Source: Prorocentrum cordatum (taxonomy: Eukaryota). From it: a stretch of 64,000 bases of DNA. The stretch spans positions 1 to 64,000 of the forward strand of contig CAUYUJ010000047.1 in assembly GCA_963575745.1 (NCBI GenBank). Reading direction: 5' to 3'. Each line of letters opens with the position of its first letter. The first letter of the stretch is position 1. Positions 38,407-50,293 of this stretch are shown piece after piece. The translations under genes and the position numbers were made by a program. Below the pieces are notes generated by a model, which did no database searches, was not told the origin of the DNA, and saw only the letters and a list, made by a program, of their open reading frames with translations.

Positions 38407-39438
38407 ATGAACAGGTTCACGGATCGGGTCGACTACATCACAGCGGACCGCGAGGACGACGCGACTGACCGCGTCGATATCTTCAAGGTGCGAAGTGGGA
38501 CTATCACGAGTGTCTTGTTTGACGACGAGCAGGCAGTCATTTCCAAAGGACTTCGGCGAGAATTGCGACGGAGCCTGGGGAAGCTACCCAGGAAGGGCGC
38601 TGACGCCACGGAGATCTACAGCCGACCTCGTGTCACGCAACATTGCATCCGACATGGGTTTCAACCTGGAAGCGATATGGACCTGACCACCAGATTCGAC
38701 TTCACGCCGGAAACAGACCGCAGGAGGGCACGAGAGATCATCGAGAAGGAGGAGCCGCTGCTCATCATCCTCAGCCCGCCGCGCAAGGTGCGGAGCCGCA
38801 TCGGGGACCTGTCAGACTACAAGCGCGACCAGGACGTCGTTAGCAATGAAGAACGTGAAGGTCTTCAACATCAAGAGTTCTGCGCGGCGCTCGCTCGAGG
38901 ACATCGCGAACGAGGAGGACTATTTCTAGTCGAACAACCAGCCCACGCCCGATCGCGGGGCGCGCCGCGCTTCCAGGACCTCGCCGACACCGACGGGATC
39001 GGCCGGGTCAACGCCGACATGTGCGAGTTCAACTTACACGTCGACGGGGGCAAGCTCAACCGCAAGCCGACCGGCATCCTCAGCAGCAGCATCGAGGTCC
39101 TGAAGGCCGTTTGCAGACGTTGCACGCGCAGCAGTTCCGACCGCGACCAGCTCGCCGGCTGCAAGTACACCAGGCTCGCGAAGGAGTACACGCCACAGTC
39201 GTGCAACGCGATCCTCAGGGGCCTAGTTAAGCACCTCCAGAAGACCAACACCATCAAGCACACCGATTTCAACACCAACGAAGCCAATAACCAGCCGTGT
39301 TTGTTCCAGCACTCGAACACCGTCGCAAAGTTAGCCGAGGACTACGCGCCGCACGCGGTCGACGGTTTCATGCAATCTACAGACCGCCGAGGACCAGATG
39401 ATTATCGGAGCGCGCCCCGCGCTCGAGACGATCGATGA
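38407..39438 (+). pseudogene. Retrotransposon-borne C5 cytosine DNA methyltransferase-like domain (degenerate)
   Basis: Ordered motifs: DATEIYSRPRV (motif I-like), DMDL..FDF, LIILSPP[R] (catalytic PC motif IV, Cys->Arg by TGC->CGC at 38782), FLVEQP (motif VI-like ExP), DMCEFNL..RKPTGILS (motif VIII-like), AKEYTPQSCNAILRG (motif X-like). Confidence 0.7.
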
Positions 39439-40600
39439 GGAGATCGAGGGCGCGGCGGAAGGCGACGGCCTTGGACCCGATTTCGGAAAACCTAGCCTAC
39501 AACAAGACGGAGTTGAAGATGCGCCGGGCACCGAAACCATGGAGGTCCCATCGCCTCTCCAACAGCGGTTACTTTTGCGAGCTCGCAATGATATGGGGCA
39601 TCCGGAATTTCGTGATGTCTTACGGGTTTTTTTTCGGCATGGATGGGTTCGCATCTCAATGTTGCGATGGGTGCGGCGTCACTTCGTTTGCCCAGCTTGC
39701 GAAACCAATAAACATCTTAAGGCACGACAGCCGGCAGCGGCTTTGCGGTCGTTTCGGTTTAATTATGTTGCCGGTTGCAGTACGGCTGCAGTCAACAAGG
39801 TATTTGGTTTGGAGTTCCATTTTGTACAGGCAATATGCTGGGGCATCACTTGCCAGATTATGAGGCCGACTACAGCTCAGGCTACCTGGGAAGCAGTTCA
39901 GCGGACATGGCATCGTCGTTATGGGCCGCCACATGTTCTTGTCGTGGACTAGGGTACGGAGTTCATGGCCGAGTTCCAGGACAGAGCTCGCGCACGTCAT
40001 CAACGCGAGGTCTCCATGGGAAAATGGTAAGACCTAGCGCCGCGGAGGGCGGTGGGAGAGCATCTTTCAGAAGTCCGACTCCATCGAGCCGTGTAACAAC
40101 ATGTCAGAGGTGGATATGCTGACCAATTTTGTCATGCAGGCGAAGAATAGGTTCACGAACTGGAGTGGTTGCTGCCCAGCTCAGCGAGCGTTTGGCGAAG
40201 ACTTGCGATTGCCAGGGTGTTTCCTCGGCGTTGACGTCATTAGCCCGGAGATGCTCATCACCGCGCCGTCAGTTGAGTACCAGCGAGCTCAGGGTATGAG
40301 ACAAGTTGCAATGTCGTCAGCCGTCAGCCTCAGTGATCAGCAGACGCTGCAGAGGTCACTCAAGAGCAGGATGCGGAAGGAGCAGGAGGCACTCAAGGAT
40401 GGCGAGGAAGTTTTCATCTGGAGGCGAGTTTCAGTTCCGACAACCTGACAGAAGCATCGACGACAAAGTGGGTTGGAGTGGACCAGCCACGGTCAGATCC
40501 ACGACTTAAGCTGGCCCTAGTGTTTTTGCATACATGCGTGGAGTTCTCTTCAAGTGCGCGAGGATTCAGGTCAGAGCCACGACTAACGAGGGGAGTTCGG
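39437..40600 (+). pseudogene. Ty1/Copia-type integrase (HHCC, DDE core, C-terminal extension), inactivated
   Basis: [R]NDMGHP...CPAC Zn-binding motif; YGPPHVLVVD*GTEF (stop at 39950); after a frameshift SPWENGKT*RRGG (catalytic Glu codon is TAG at 40035); AKNRF..SG..PAQRAFG; EVFIWRR..GWSGPATV..LFKCA. Confidence 0.85.
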
Positions 40601-41269
40601 GAGTCGAGATCGTCGACGAGTTGCTAGTCGGACCCAAGGAGAAGCTCAATGCAGTACGCCAGCAGCGGGACTTCAGGGATCAGTGGCGAAGGCGAGCCGC
40701 CGAAGGAGGACGAGGTCGTCGACGGGGGTCCATCGCAGCAAGCTCCACCACCAGATGACACGGAAGAAGAAGGAAGAGCTTCGCGACAGAGTAGCGCACA
40801 ATCAGAAAGCGAACCTCGTTTACCGGCGTCGAGTGATGGAGATTCTCGTCGTGGAACCGTCGTCAAGGCAGAAGATGAAGCTACAGGTGCACCGCCAAGG
40901 AGGAGGCCGAGGCACGACGACATGGAGCTGGACCGGCAAAGATTATCATCGTCAAGTTCAGGACGTACCGCTGCGGGTACGAGAGCAGCATGGCCAGCAC
41001 CGTCTGGGTTCACAGAGCCGATCGTCTTTTGGCAGCAGTCGGACCCCGACGAACGGTTCATAGAGGTCTGCGACTCCACGAGAGGCACCTACACGAATTA
41101 CAATGCCGCGGAGAAGAGCGATTTCATCGCGATGGACGAAGTGTGGAACAACCGACGTTGGATATGGATAGTGGGCGGCGGAGACCAGTTACTGGCTTCA
41201 ACAGTGACAAGCACATAGCGTTCAGCATTGAGGATTCGTGGGCTTGTCTGAGTGACCGAGGTAACTTTT

Positions 41270-42160
41270 ACATCATGGAGGCCATGTCCGAGGCGGCAGA
41301 GCCCAAGCACAACGCGATCAGCGATGACGACTGGATACAGTTTACTGCAGCCATTGCGAAGGAGTGGAATGTATTTGTTGGCATCATGGCCGCCACCATC
41401 ATCGCGCCAGCCAAGGCAGAGAAGATCTGGAAGGACAAAGGCGAGCGGATCATGACCAGCAGGATATTCTTCCGAAGGAAGCCGGCCAAGAAGGGCGTGG
41501 CAGCCACGGCAAGATGGGTGGCACATGGTTTCAAGGATCACAATATCATGGAGATCGAGCAAAGTTGTCCAACACCACAATCGGTTACGCTTCACATCGC
41601 CGCGCTGGCGATATCATCGAGGAAGTTAGAGGCCAATGTCGGCGACGTCACTGCCGCATTCATGCATGGAGATCCGAGCAAGAGGACCAAGCCACTCTAC
41701 GCCGAGCCACCACCTGGTGGATATCTGGAGTCACCTGGAGTACCGCCGGGAAGTCTCATCCGTTTGGATCGACAAGTTTATGGACTTGTCAGTGGCGTGG
41801 CCGCCTGGCGCAGTACGATGGTCGACCGGCTTAGCAGGCTCGGCTTTCGCACGGGCATTTACGACCCGTGTTTATTCTGTCTATTCAACGACAACCAGCA
41901 CAAAGACAGCGACGACTACATCGTGCAGGGCATAGTAGGTTGACGACACATTATCTGGAGGCAACGAGAAACACATCGACAGCATGAGCCAGCTTAAGGG
42001 CATGATCAAGTTTAGTCACTGGCACAGACTATACCGAGATGGACCACATTCGTTCGCCGGGAAGCTTTTTTCTCAAGAGAAGGATTTCGGTTTTCGCGTC
42101 GACATGGAGCGCTATGTCAACGAGAAACTCAATCCGATCGAGCTCAAGCGAGGGCGAGAA
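41270..42160 (+). pseudogene. Ty1/Copia-type reverse transcriptase, frameshifted at the active site
   Basis: ARWVAHGFKD, DVTAAFMHG, VYGL, YDPCLF. VDD is encoded at 41939-41947 in the frame of ORF 41984 after a small indel. Located downstream of integrase (Copia order). Confidence 0.92.
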
Positions 42161-43060
42161 AGGTCAACTGCGAGCGGTCTTTGGTGGTATTGGTTGGATT
42201 GCCAGACAGGCGGGGCCGGACGAGGCTTCAACTGCTTCACTGCTACAGAGTACATGTTGTAGTGCCGTGATGAAGGATACTTCCGACGCCAACTCTGCAG
42301 GTCGACGTCTCAAGGCAGGTGCAGCTCTTGGTCGACGTTTCGTACCAGTCCCGCCGGACGAGGCCAGAGTCGCCAGTGTCAGGGACGGCAGTTTCGACGC
42401 GGACAAGGAGGTGGGAGCTTCGCAGGGCGGATTCCTAGTGGGCATTACTACGGCGGCGCTCAATGATAATGAGGAGGCACCGTTCAGCATCATCAGCTGG
42501 GTGAGTCACCAGATCAAGCGCGTCATGGGCAGCACCATGGCGGCGGAGAGTCTCAGTTTCAGCGACGCGCTGGCCGCAGCAGAATGGGCATGGTCTCTAT
42601 GGCAGGGCACGATGTGGAGTGATTTTGATGCAGTTTCGAAGCAAAGGACTTCGATTCCAGAACGTGAGGATGCAGCAGTTGCAGCGCTCAAGTGTGACGG
42701 TACGATTTCCGTGGATCCGAGTATTGTTAGTGTTATTGACGCCAAGTTGCTTTTCGACAATCTTGTCAAGGAGACGACAGGAGGCAATGATCGTAGGGTT
42801 GCGCTTGAGCTGTGTGTTTGCAGGCAGTCTATGCGTGCTCTTGGTTGCAGGGCCAGATGGGTTCAGCACCATTGTATGCCGGCAGATGCGTTTACAAAGA
42901 CATCGTCCAACACTGCAGTTTACAACAGATTGATGCGCACAGGGCGGTACCATACATGTGGTGAACAGGCTGAATTGCAGAAGCGAGTTGCCGAGAAGGC
43001 TAAGCGAGAATTCGTGCCGCGACCGCACAAGCGAGAGCAGCTCAACAAACACTCGAAAGG
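42160..43060 (+). pseudogene. Copia-type RT thumb/connection and RNase H
   Basis: GIGWIARQAGPD, DGSF..SQGGFL, SWVSHQIKRVMGSTMAAES, IDAKLLFD, RWV...MPADAFTK in ORF 42039-43229. Confidence 0.92.
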
Positions 43061-43061
43061 G

Positions 43062-43449
43062 TGTGTGTGCTGTTACTCCGACGAAATTTTCGGTGTAGAT
43101 AGCTGCTGCCACTTCACATCAGCTTGGTTTTATATGCCTTACTTCGCACATTGGCGAATCTCCATACCAGCCTTGCTTCTAGTTTCTTTTGCCTCGCACG
43201 CTGGCGACTTTCATAGATGTTTGGTGTGACTGCTATTTCGCATGATAGCGAATCTGCGCACTTTGTGGCCAAAGACCTTCTTGGGGGCTGTGATTTCTGC
43301 GCTCCTGAGGCCTAATGATTGTATGCCGGCCTATGTTGGCCAGTCGTTTCGACTCGCATTGGCGTTTCGTTCCGTAGCAGGTTTGGGTCATATGATTGCG
43401 CAGCGGAAAAGAGTCCGCGATGTCCATGTCTTTTCTCATTCATTTCTCA
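43062..43449 (+). mobile_element. Probable 3' LTR (no partner 5' LTR in window)
   Basis: Starts with TG right after the purine run GAAAGGG downstream of RNase H and ends with CA right before the (CCT)n tract. No second copy seen, so the boundaries are inferred. Confidence 0.45.
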
Positions 43450-44060
43450 CCTCTTCCTCCTCCTCCTCCTCCTCCTCCTCCTCCTCCTCCTCCTCCCCCT
43501 CCTCCTGTTCCTCCCCTCCCCTCTCTCCTCCTCCTCCTCCTCCTCCTCCTCCTCCTCCTTCCTCCTCTCCTCCTCCTCCTCTCCTCCTCCTCCTCCCTCT
43601 CAGCGCCTCCTCCTCGATCCTCCTTCTCCCTCTTTCCTCTTCATCCTCCTCCCTGTCAGCTCCTCCTCCTCTCCTCCCTCCTCCTCCTCCTCCTCCTCCT
43701 CCTCCTCCTTTCTTCCTCTTTTTCCTCCTCCTCCTCCCTCCTCTTCCTCTTCTCCTCCTCCTCCTCCTCCTCTTCTCCTCCCCTTCCGGAGCGTCTTCGG
43801 GGCGGCCTGGAGCCTGCGGGAGCCTTCTCTCGGAGTTCCCCGGGGCCTCCTGGAGGTATGAGCTGGCCTCGTCGTCCTCCTCCTCCTCCTTCTCCTCCTC
43901 GTCCTCCTCCTCCGCCTCCTCCTCCTCTTCCTCCTCTTCCTCCTCCTCCTCGTCCTCCTCCTCCGCCTCCTCCTCCTCCTCCGCCTCCGCGTCCGCCTTC
44001 CTTCTCCTCCTCCTCCTCCTCGTCCTTCTCCTCCTCCTCTTCCCCCTTCCTCCTCCTCGT
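43450..44060. repeat. (CCT)n microsatellite
   Basis: CCT runs immediately 3' of the retroelement unit. Confidence 0.95.
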
Positions 44061-44448
44061 CATCATCATCCTGCTGCTGCTGCTCATGGCGGTCGAGGGT
44101 GATCCTGTTGCCATGCAAACCTGTCCTGCCACCTTCCCGCGGCTAAGCCCTGCGGGGAGGTGGGGGCGCATTAGGGAAAAAGTGAGAAGCGAAATGTTTC
44201 AAACGAGGTATCATAATGACCAAGCTAGGAGTGGAGAAGTGGGGCGCCTGAACAGAACAGCCAGGGTGGTAAGGGCCTTACCTGTAATTCCAGAAGGCGA
44301 ACGCTCAGAGGCAATGAAAAGGAGAGAGGACGGGGAGGAAGGGAAGCCAAAAAAGGGGGGGAAAGAGAGAGAGAGGGGCAAGAGGAGGCGAGCGTTCGCC
44401 CCTAGGCCTTGCAAGTGGTCGACTCTTTGTTCGCAAGGAAGGAGGAAG

Positions 44449-44626
44449 GAGGTATATGAGGCCTCGAAGGTAGAAGAAGGGGGTGGGTAGGTGGGAGCGC
44501 GCGGCATCGAGCCTGCTGGAGGCGGTGCAAAAGTCCTGAGGTATATGAGGCCTCGAAGGTAGAAGAAGGGGGTGGGTAGGTGGGAGCGCCCAGCATCGAG
44601 CCTGCTGGAGGCGGTGCAAAAGTCCT
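44449..44626. repeat. 89-bp tandem duplication
   Basis: GAGGTATATGAGGCCTCGAAGG... at 44449 and 44538, two mismatches. Confidence 0.9.
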
Positions 44627-44939
44627 CTCCTCCGCCTCCTCCTCCTCCTCCGAATCCTCCTCTGTCCTCCTCCTCCCTCTCCTCCTCCCCTCCTCCTCCT
44701 CCTCCTCCTCCTCCTCCTCCTCCTCCTCCTCCTCCTCCTCCTCCTTCCCATCTGGGCGGTCCCTTGGACCCCTCTCCTGGACGCCACCACCCTGGTCCGT
44801 CCCTGCGGCGTGCGCCCCAGCAGGCATGGCCGCGAGAGGGGCTCCCAGGCCGCGAGGGGCTCCCGGAGGGCTGGGGTGGCCAGAAAAGGCCCGCCGCGAA
44901 GATCGTGTTCGCGGTGCCTCGCGGTATGGGGGCTCCCCG

Positions 44940-44960
44940 GACGACCACGACGACGACGAA

Positions 44961-45028
<68 letters not shown>

Positions 45029-45250
45029 ACGACAACCGACGACGCCGACGACGACGACGACAACAGCGACGACGACGACGACAACAACGACGACCACGAC
45101 CACGACTGACGACGACGACGTTCGACGACGACGACAACAACGACGACGACGCCATCGACGACGACGACGACGACGACGAGAACGACGACGACGACGACGA
45201 TAACCACGACGACGACGACGACAGCTGCGGCGGCGGCGACGACGACGACG
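44940..45250. repeat. (GAC)n microsatellite
   Basis: GAC runs. Confidence 0.95.
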
Positions 45251-46009
45251 CGCGTTATTCGAGGCCTCGCTAGCATCGTGTCGCAGCTCGAGTGCGACGG
45301 CGAGTGGTCCCAGATCGGCGTTCTAGAGGCCGCGGCGGAGGGGGAGGTGGGGGAGCACTCGGCCTTTCCCCTCCTCCTTCGGGGTGCTGCCAGACCCTGA
45401 CATCGTGGCGCCGTTTTTCTCGCAACGGGCAAGTTTGCCCTGTTGGGACCCTCGCGGATCGATTTGGCCCTGAAGATGCCGCAGAAAGATACGGCCCAGG
45501 GCTCCAATCACTCAGGATATTCGTGTCACGTAAGCATACGCGGACGCCACGGCCCCTTGGAGATGATCAGGAACGGGAGTTGATCGGCTGTATTCAGCGA
45601 CCGATTGCGGCTTCGCCCGACAACAGCGGTCGGATCACAGTGATCGGCCCGTGATCGTGATGATCATTGCGGTGGTCGCCCGGTGGTCGTGGCCGTGATC
45701 CGAAGTGTGATCCGATCACGTGATCGAGGGTGTGTGGTCGCCCAGTGATCGGCTGGACTCTGAGGATGGGGTCCAGGGCTCCTGTCGCGATCCCCTGGGA
45801 TGCTGCAATGTGTTCTCGTGGCGTAGGATCTCTTGGGATGTGGCCTTCACGATGGTCCCCGGTGCTCCAGGGAGGCCAGACGGCCCTCTCACGAGGCCCA
45901 CGGGGCCCCAGGGGTCCCCAGAAATGAGGCGAACAAGCACATTTGGCATCCCCCGACCTCCTGCCCAGACCCGCTCGCGTTGTGAAAGAATCATAGCGGC
46001 AGGCTTTTC

Positions 46010-46345
46010 GCTGTTTACGGCCTCTGGGGGCCCTTACCGGGCCTCGGGACCGTCAAAAAGCGATTCTGTATGAAAAGTTGGTCCCAGGGAAAGGGTCCAG
46101 ATCTCTGGGGGTCGACGTTGTGAAAGAATCACGTCGTCGGGAGTCTGGGTGCCCTGCATGCATGTCCAGGTCTGACCTCCAACGTTTCGAATACAATCAA
46201 GACAGGGGTTCCCAGACATCCGACGCCGTGCTTTCTTCACAGCGTGGCTCCCCGGGGCCCTGGACCCCTCCCCGTCCGGGAACATGGTCATCATCCCGAG
46301 CCGTCATGGTGAAGGCCCCGGGGCCCGGCAAGAGCCCCCAGAGAA
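46010..46345. repeat. Two family E modules in inverted arrangement
   Basis: A ~140-bp module (TTCGGCC..GGGCCTCGGGACCGTCAAAAAGCGA..GGGAAAGGGTCCAG..GGGGGTCGACG) on + at 46010-46150 and degenerate on - at 46210-46345. Further copies near 6870, 15010(-), 15610, 17810, 57310, 58700(-), 61135 and 62600. Confidence 0.65.
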
Positions 46346-46887
46346 AAGCTGTTCGTCGTGATTTCTGCCATGTGCCTCCTCACCTCGGCGAGGGCCTGCT
46401 GTTTCGTGAGCGCTGCGCAGGGCTTGCTGGACCGGGAGTGCCGCCGCGGATGTCGTGGTTTTCGCGTTGCGGTCGTTCAGTCTCGGACGGCGACCCGGCG
46501 ACCCGATCCAGGATCACGGCATGGCGGACCTGGATGTTGATTCAGAGTTGTTTATTTCCGATCAGCTTCGTTCGTTGGTTAGTTGTTGTAGAGAGTGTGT
46601 AAGTTGTCCCATTCATATGTGACGTCATTGTCTGCGAAGGCTCGCTGTGAGTGGCTTCCTGACGGGTGCTGTGATCATATGAATAGCTTGTTTAGACATC
46701 CGAATACATTGCTTAGTAAATAGGTTTAATCACGCTATAAAGTGGTATTCAGTGAATACCACGTTTTCCACGCACATGCGCTCCGTCGGAATGCTCAGGG
46801 AGACTGTGATGTGTCCGACGCGGCATATTGGGTTATGGATGACGCAAGATGCGCCTTCTTACTCCTCCTCCTCCTCCTCCTCGTCGC

Positions 46888-46943
<56 letters not shown>

Positions 46944-47044
46944 GCATCATCTCTCCTCTTCACCACCAGCCTCCTCCTCCTCCATCTTCAGAAGACTCTG
47001 CAACACCAAGTTTCGAACCTGTGTGAAAAGACGGACACGTCGGC

Positions 47045-48020
<976 letters not shown>

Positions 48021-48035
48021 ACGCTCTCCGCCGAG

Positions 48036-48059
48036 GAGCACTACCGGGAGATCGAGAAG
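48036..48059 (+). CDS. Candidate micro-exon
   Basis: AG|G ... AG|GC, 24 nt: EHYREIEK. Confidence 0.25.
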
Positions 48060-48860
48060 GCCCGCCAGGGCTGGCCGGCCCTCGGCGACGCAGGAGCCCA
48101 AGGCACGTGGCAAATGGGTCAGGCAGTGACGAAGCGCCCCGACACGTCCCGGCAGCCCAGCGTCAACGGCTTGAGTTTTCCCCAGCCACTGATCCCGCGG
48201 AGCGGAGCGGCACGCTATCCGCTCACAAGGCATGTCATGTCGCTGGGGCCGCTGCCGCGACACGCTAAGCTCAGGTTCCTGACACTAGACCCTGCCTTTG
48301 TGTGGTCCTTCGTGCGGGCCTCAGAGGGTTCCAAGATCCCTTGCGGCTTTCTGAAGATGTCGTATGGATTTCAATGGATTTCGTCAACATTTGGACGAAA
48401 TGCTGGACGTAATCTGGACGAAGTCTGGACGAAAGAATCAAAAGGGGTGAACACGCTGATGGTGCCAGTTAGCCCCTGTGGGTGGGGAGCACCCCCAGCA
48501 GGCGGCAGCCTCCTCGCTTCATTGTCTGATGCCGAATACTCTGTACATGTGCTCGGGCATTCGGCGTCTCGGCGGCCGCCGTGCTCTGCCCCGTCTCACG
48601 CTGCGGCACAGCTCTGCTCTGGAGGCGAGCCCCGTCCGACCACGAGGCTATCACCGTTGCCGTTGCCGCGCAGAGCCCCAAAAAACGGAACGTCCTCGGG
48701 TGAGCTCGCGACGCGGGGTCGGCCCAGACATCCGACGTCGTGCTTCTGCTTGCGCCGTGGCCCGGCGGATGCCCGTGGCCCGGGAAGGGCCCCGGGAGGC
48801 CGCAGACCAACAACCAAGGCTCGTCGTGGGTTTCTGCTGCGGCGCGAGGACCATGACGCA

Positions 48861-49243
48861 CCGGGGGCGGCCAAGAGGGGGGGGCGATTCGAAGAAGAGA
48901 AAACGCCATAACCATAAACTTTTGGCGCTCCGCGCAGATTTCTTGGATCCGCGCCTGGGCCCCCTGGCGGCGCCTCCGGCGCCGCCCCTGGCGCGCTCCG
49001 CGCGCCAGGGAGAGAGGTCTAGCACGAATCCAAGAAATCCGCGCGGAGCGCCAAAAGTTTATGTCTATGGCGTTGTTTCTCCTTCTAGTGATCATTTGGG
49101 AGGGCGATCTCATGGCGGGGGCCATGGTATCTCCCCAGATTTCGTGGCGCATCTTCTTATTTCCATGCGTGCCCCGGCCCTCCCTGGTCCGCGCACGTGC
49201 CTTGGGCTATGATTTGCACCCCCCCCCTCTTGGACGCCCCCGA
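48861..49243. mobile_element. MITE family L copy interrupted by a family K MITE
   Basis: CCGGGGGCGGCCAAGAGGGGG...CCCCTCTTGGACGCCCCCGA; flanks ACGCA/ACTCA; uninterrupted homologue at 54548-54741. Confidence 0.8.
48889..49087. mobile_element. MITE family K (199 bp, long TIR) nested in L
   Basis: 36-bp core inverted repeat CATAAACTTTTGGCGCTCCGCGCAGATTTCTTGGAT; flanks GCGAT/GTGAT; diverged relative at about 58310-58520. Confidence 0.8.
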
Positions 49244-49607
49244 ACTCAGGGGGGCAAGAGGTCATGAAAATGATACGTTTCAAGATCTCCGAGCCCCCCT
49301 TGGACGTTCACGATCCCCCCTCCTTCCACACGGGCCGCGGAAAAACGAACACCGCTGGATACGCTGGAAATCTTGGAACGCATTCGAAGCCAATCCTATC
49401 ATGGCATCGTTATCGTATTCATGGCATCCACCGATATGAGTGTTTAATCCCCAGCCCCAGAGGTCCCGACCGTGTCCCCAGGGGTTAGCGTTTCGCCCCA
49501 GATCCGTTGTCGATGAGCCGGGCTCCGAGCACGGGCCCCGGGGCCGAAACCAAGGACAACCAGCGGGACTGAAGAGAATGATCGTAGGAGCTCTGGGGGT
49601 GCCAGGG

Positions 49608-49732
49608 ATGGGTCAGGTGTGTCCCCCTACAGGCTGATTTTAATCAAACAATAAAAATACACAAAAATCGTCCCCTGACTATGTGTGGACTATTTTTGAA
49701 TGTTCCTCTGTAGAGGGACACGCCCGACTTGA
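49608..49732. mobile_element. MITE family F, second copy
   Basis: Same TIR; flanks TGCCAGGG/GGCCAGGC. A lone TIR of this family also starts at 15452. Confidence 0.7.
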
Positions 49733-50039
49733 GGCCAGGCCTCTGAGTTGGAGTAGTGGGTCTGGCGCAGAGGGGCCGGCGGCGAGAGACGCCATCGTTG
49801 ATGCACTGTGCACTCTTGCATGCAGTAGTACGCAAACTGCTGCGGGGGGGGGGGGGGGCGCGAGTTCGTGCACGGGCGACAGCTGTAGCGTGTGGACACT
49901 ATAGCTGCACAATGGCACCCACGCGCAGGTGTTGCGCCGAGAGCGCCGAGGATTGCATCCAGGCCCCAAGCACTGATGCAATTCTCCCCGCCGACCCATC
50001 TGTGTCAGGCCTACTATTCCATCATAAACGGGCGAGTAT

Positions 50040-50253
50040 GAGGTTGGTGATGGTGATGGTGATGATGATGATGATGACGACGACGACGACGATGATGATG
50101 ATGATGATGACGATGATGATGATGATGACGATGGTGGTGATGATGATAATGATGATGCTGCTGATGATGATGCTGACGATGATGATGATGCTGATGCTGA
50201 TGCTGATGGTGATGCTGATGCTGATGCTGATGCTGATGATGCTGCTGATGATC

Positions 50254-50293
<40 letters not shown>

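Larger units (their letters stand above)
35195..43449 (+). mobile_element. Composite decayed retroelement: SL-capped LINE 5' half joined to a DNMT-bearing Ty1/Copia-type pol region and probable 3' LTR
   Basis: Contiguous non-low-complexity block bounded by (CCT)n tracts (35070-35197 and 43450-44060). Domain motifs read in order: Zn finger/coiled-coil ORF1, APE, Zn fingers, DNMT-like, integrase, RT, RNase H. Multiple stops and frameshifts. Confidence 0.85.
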
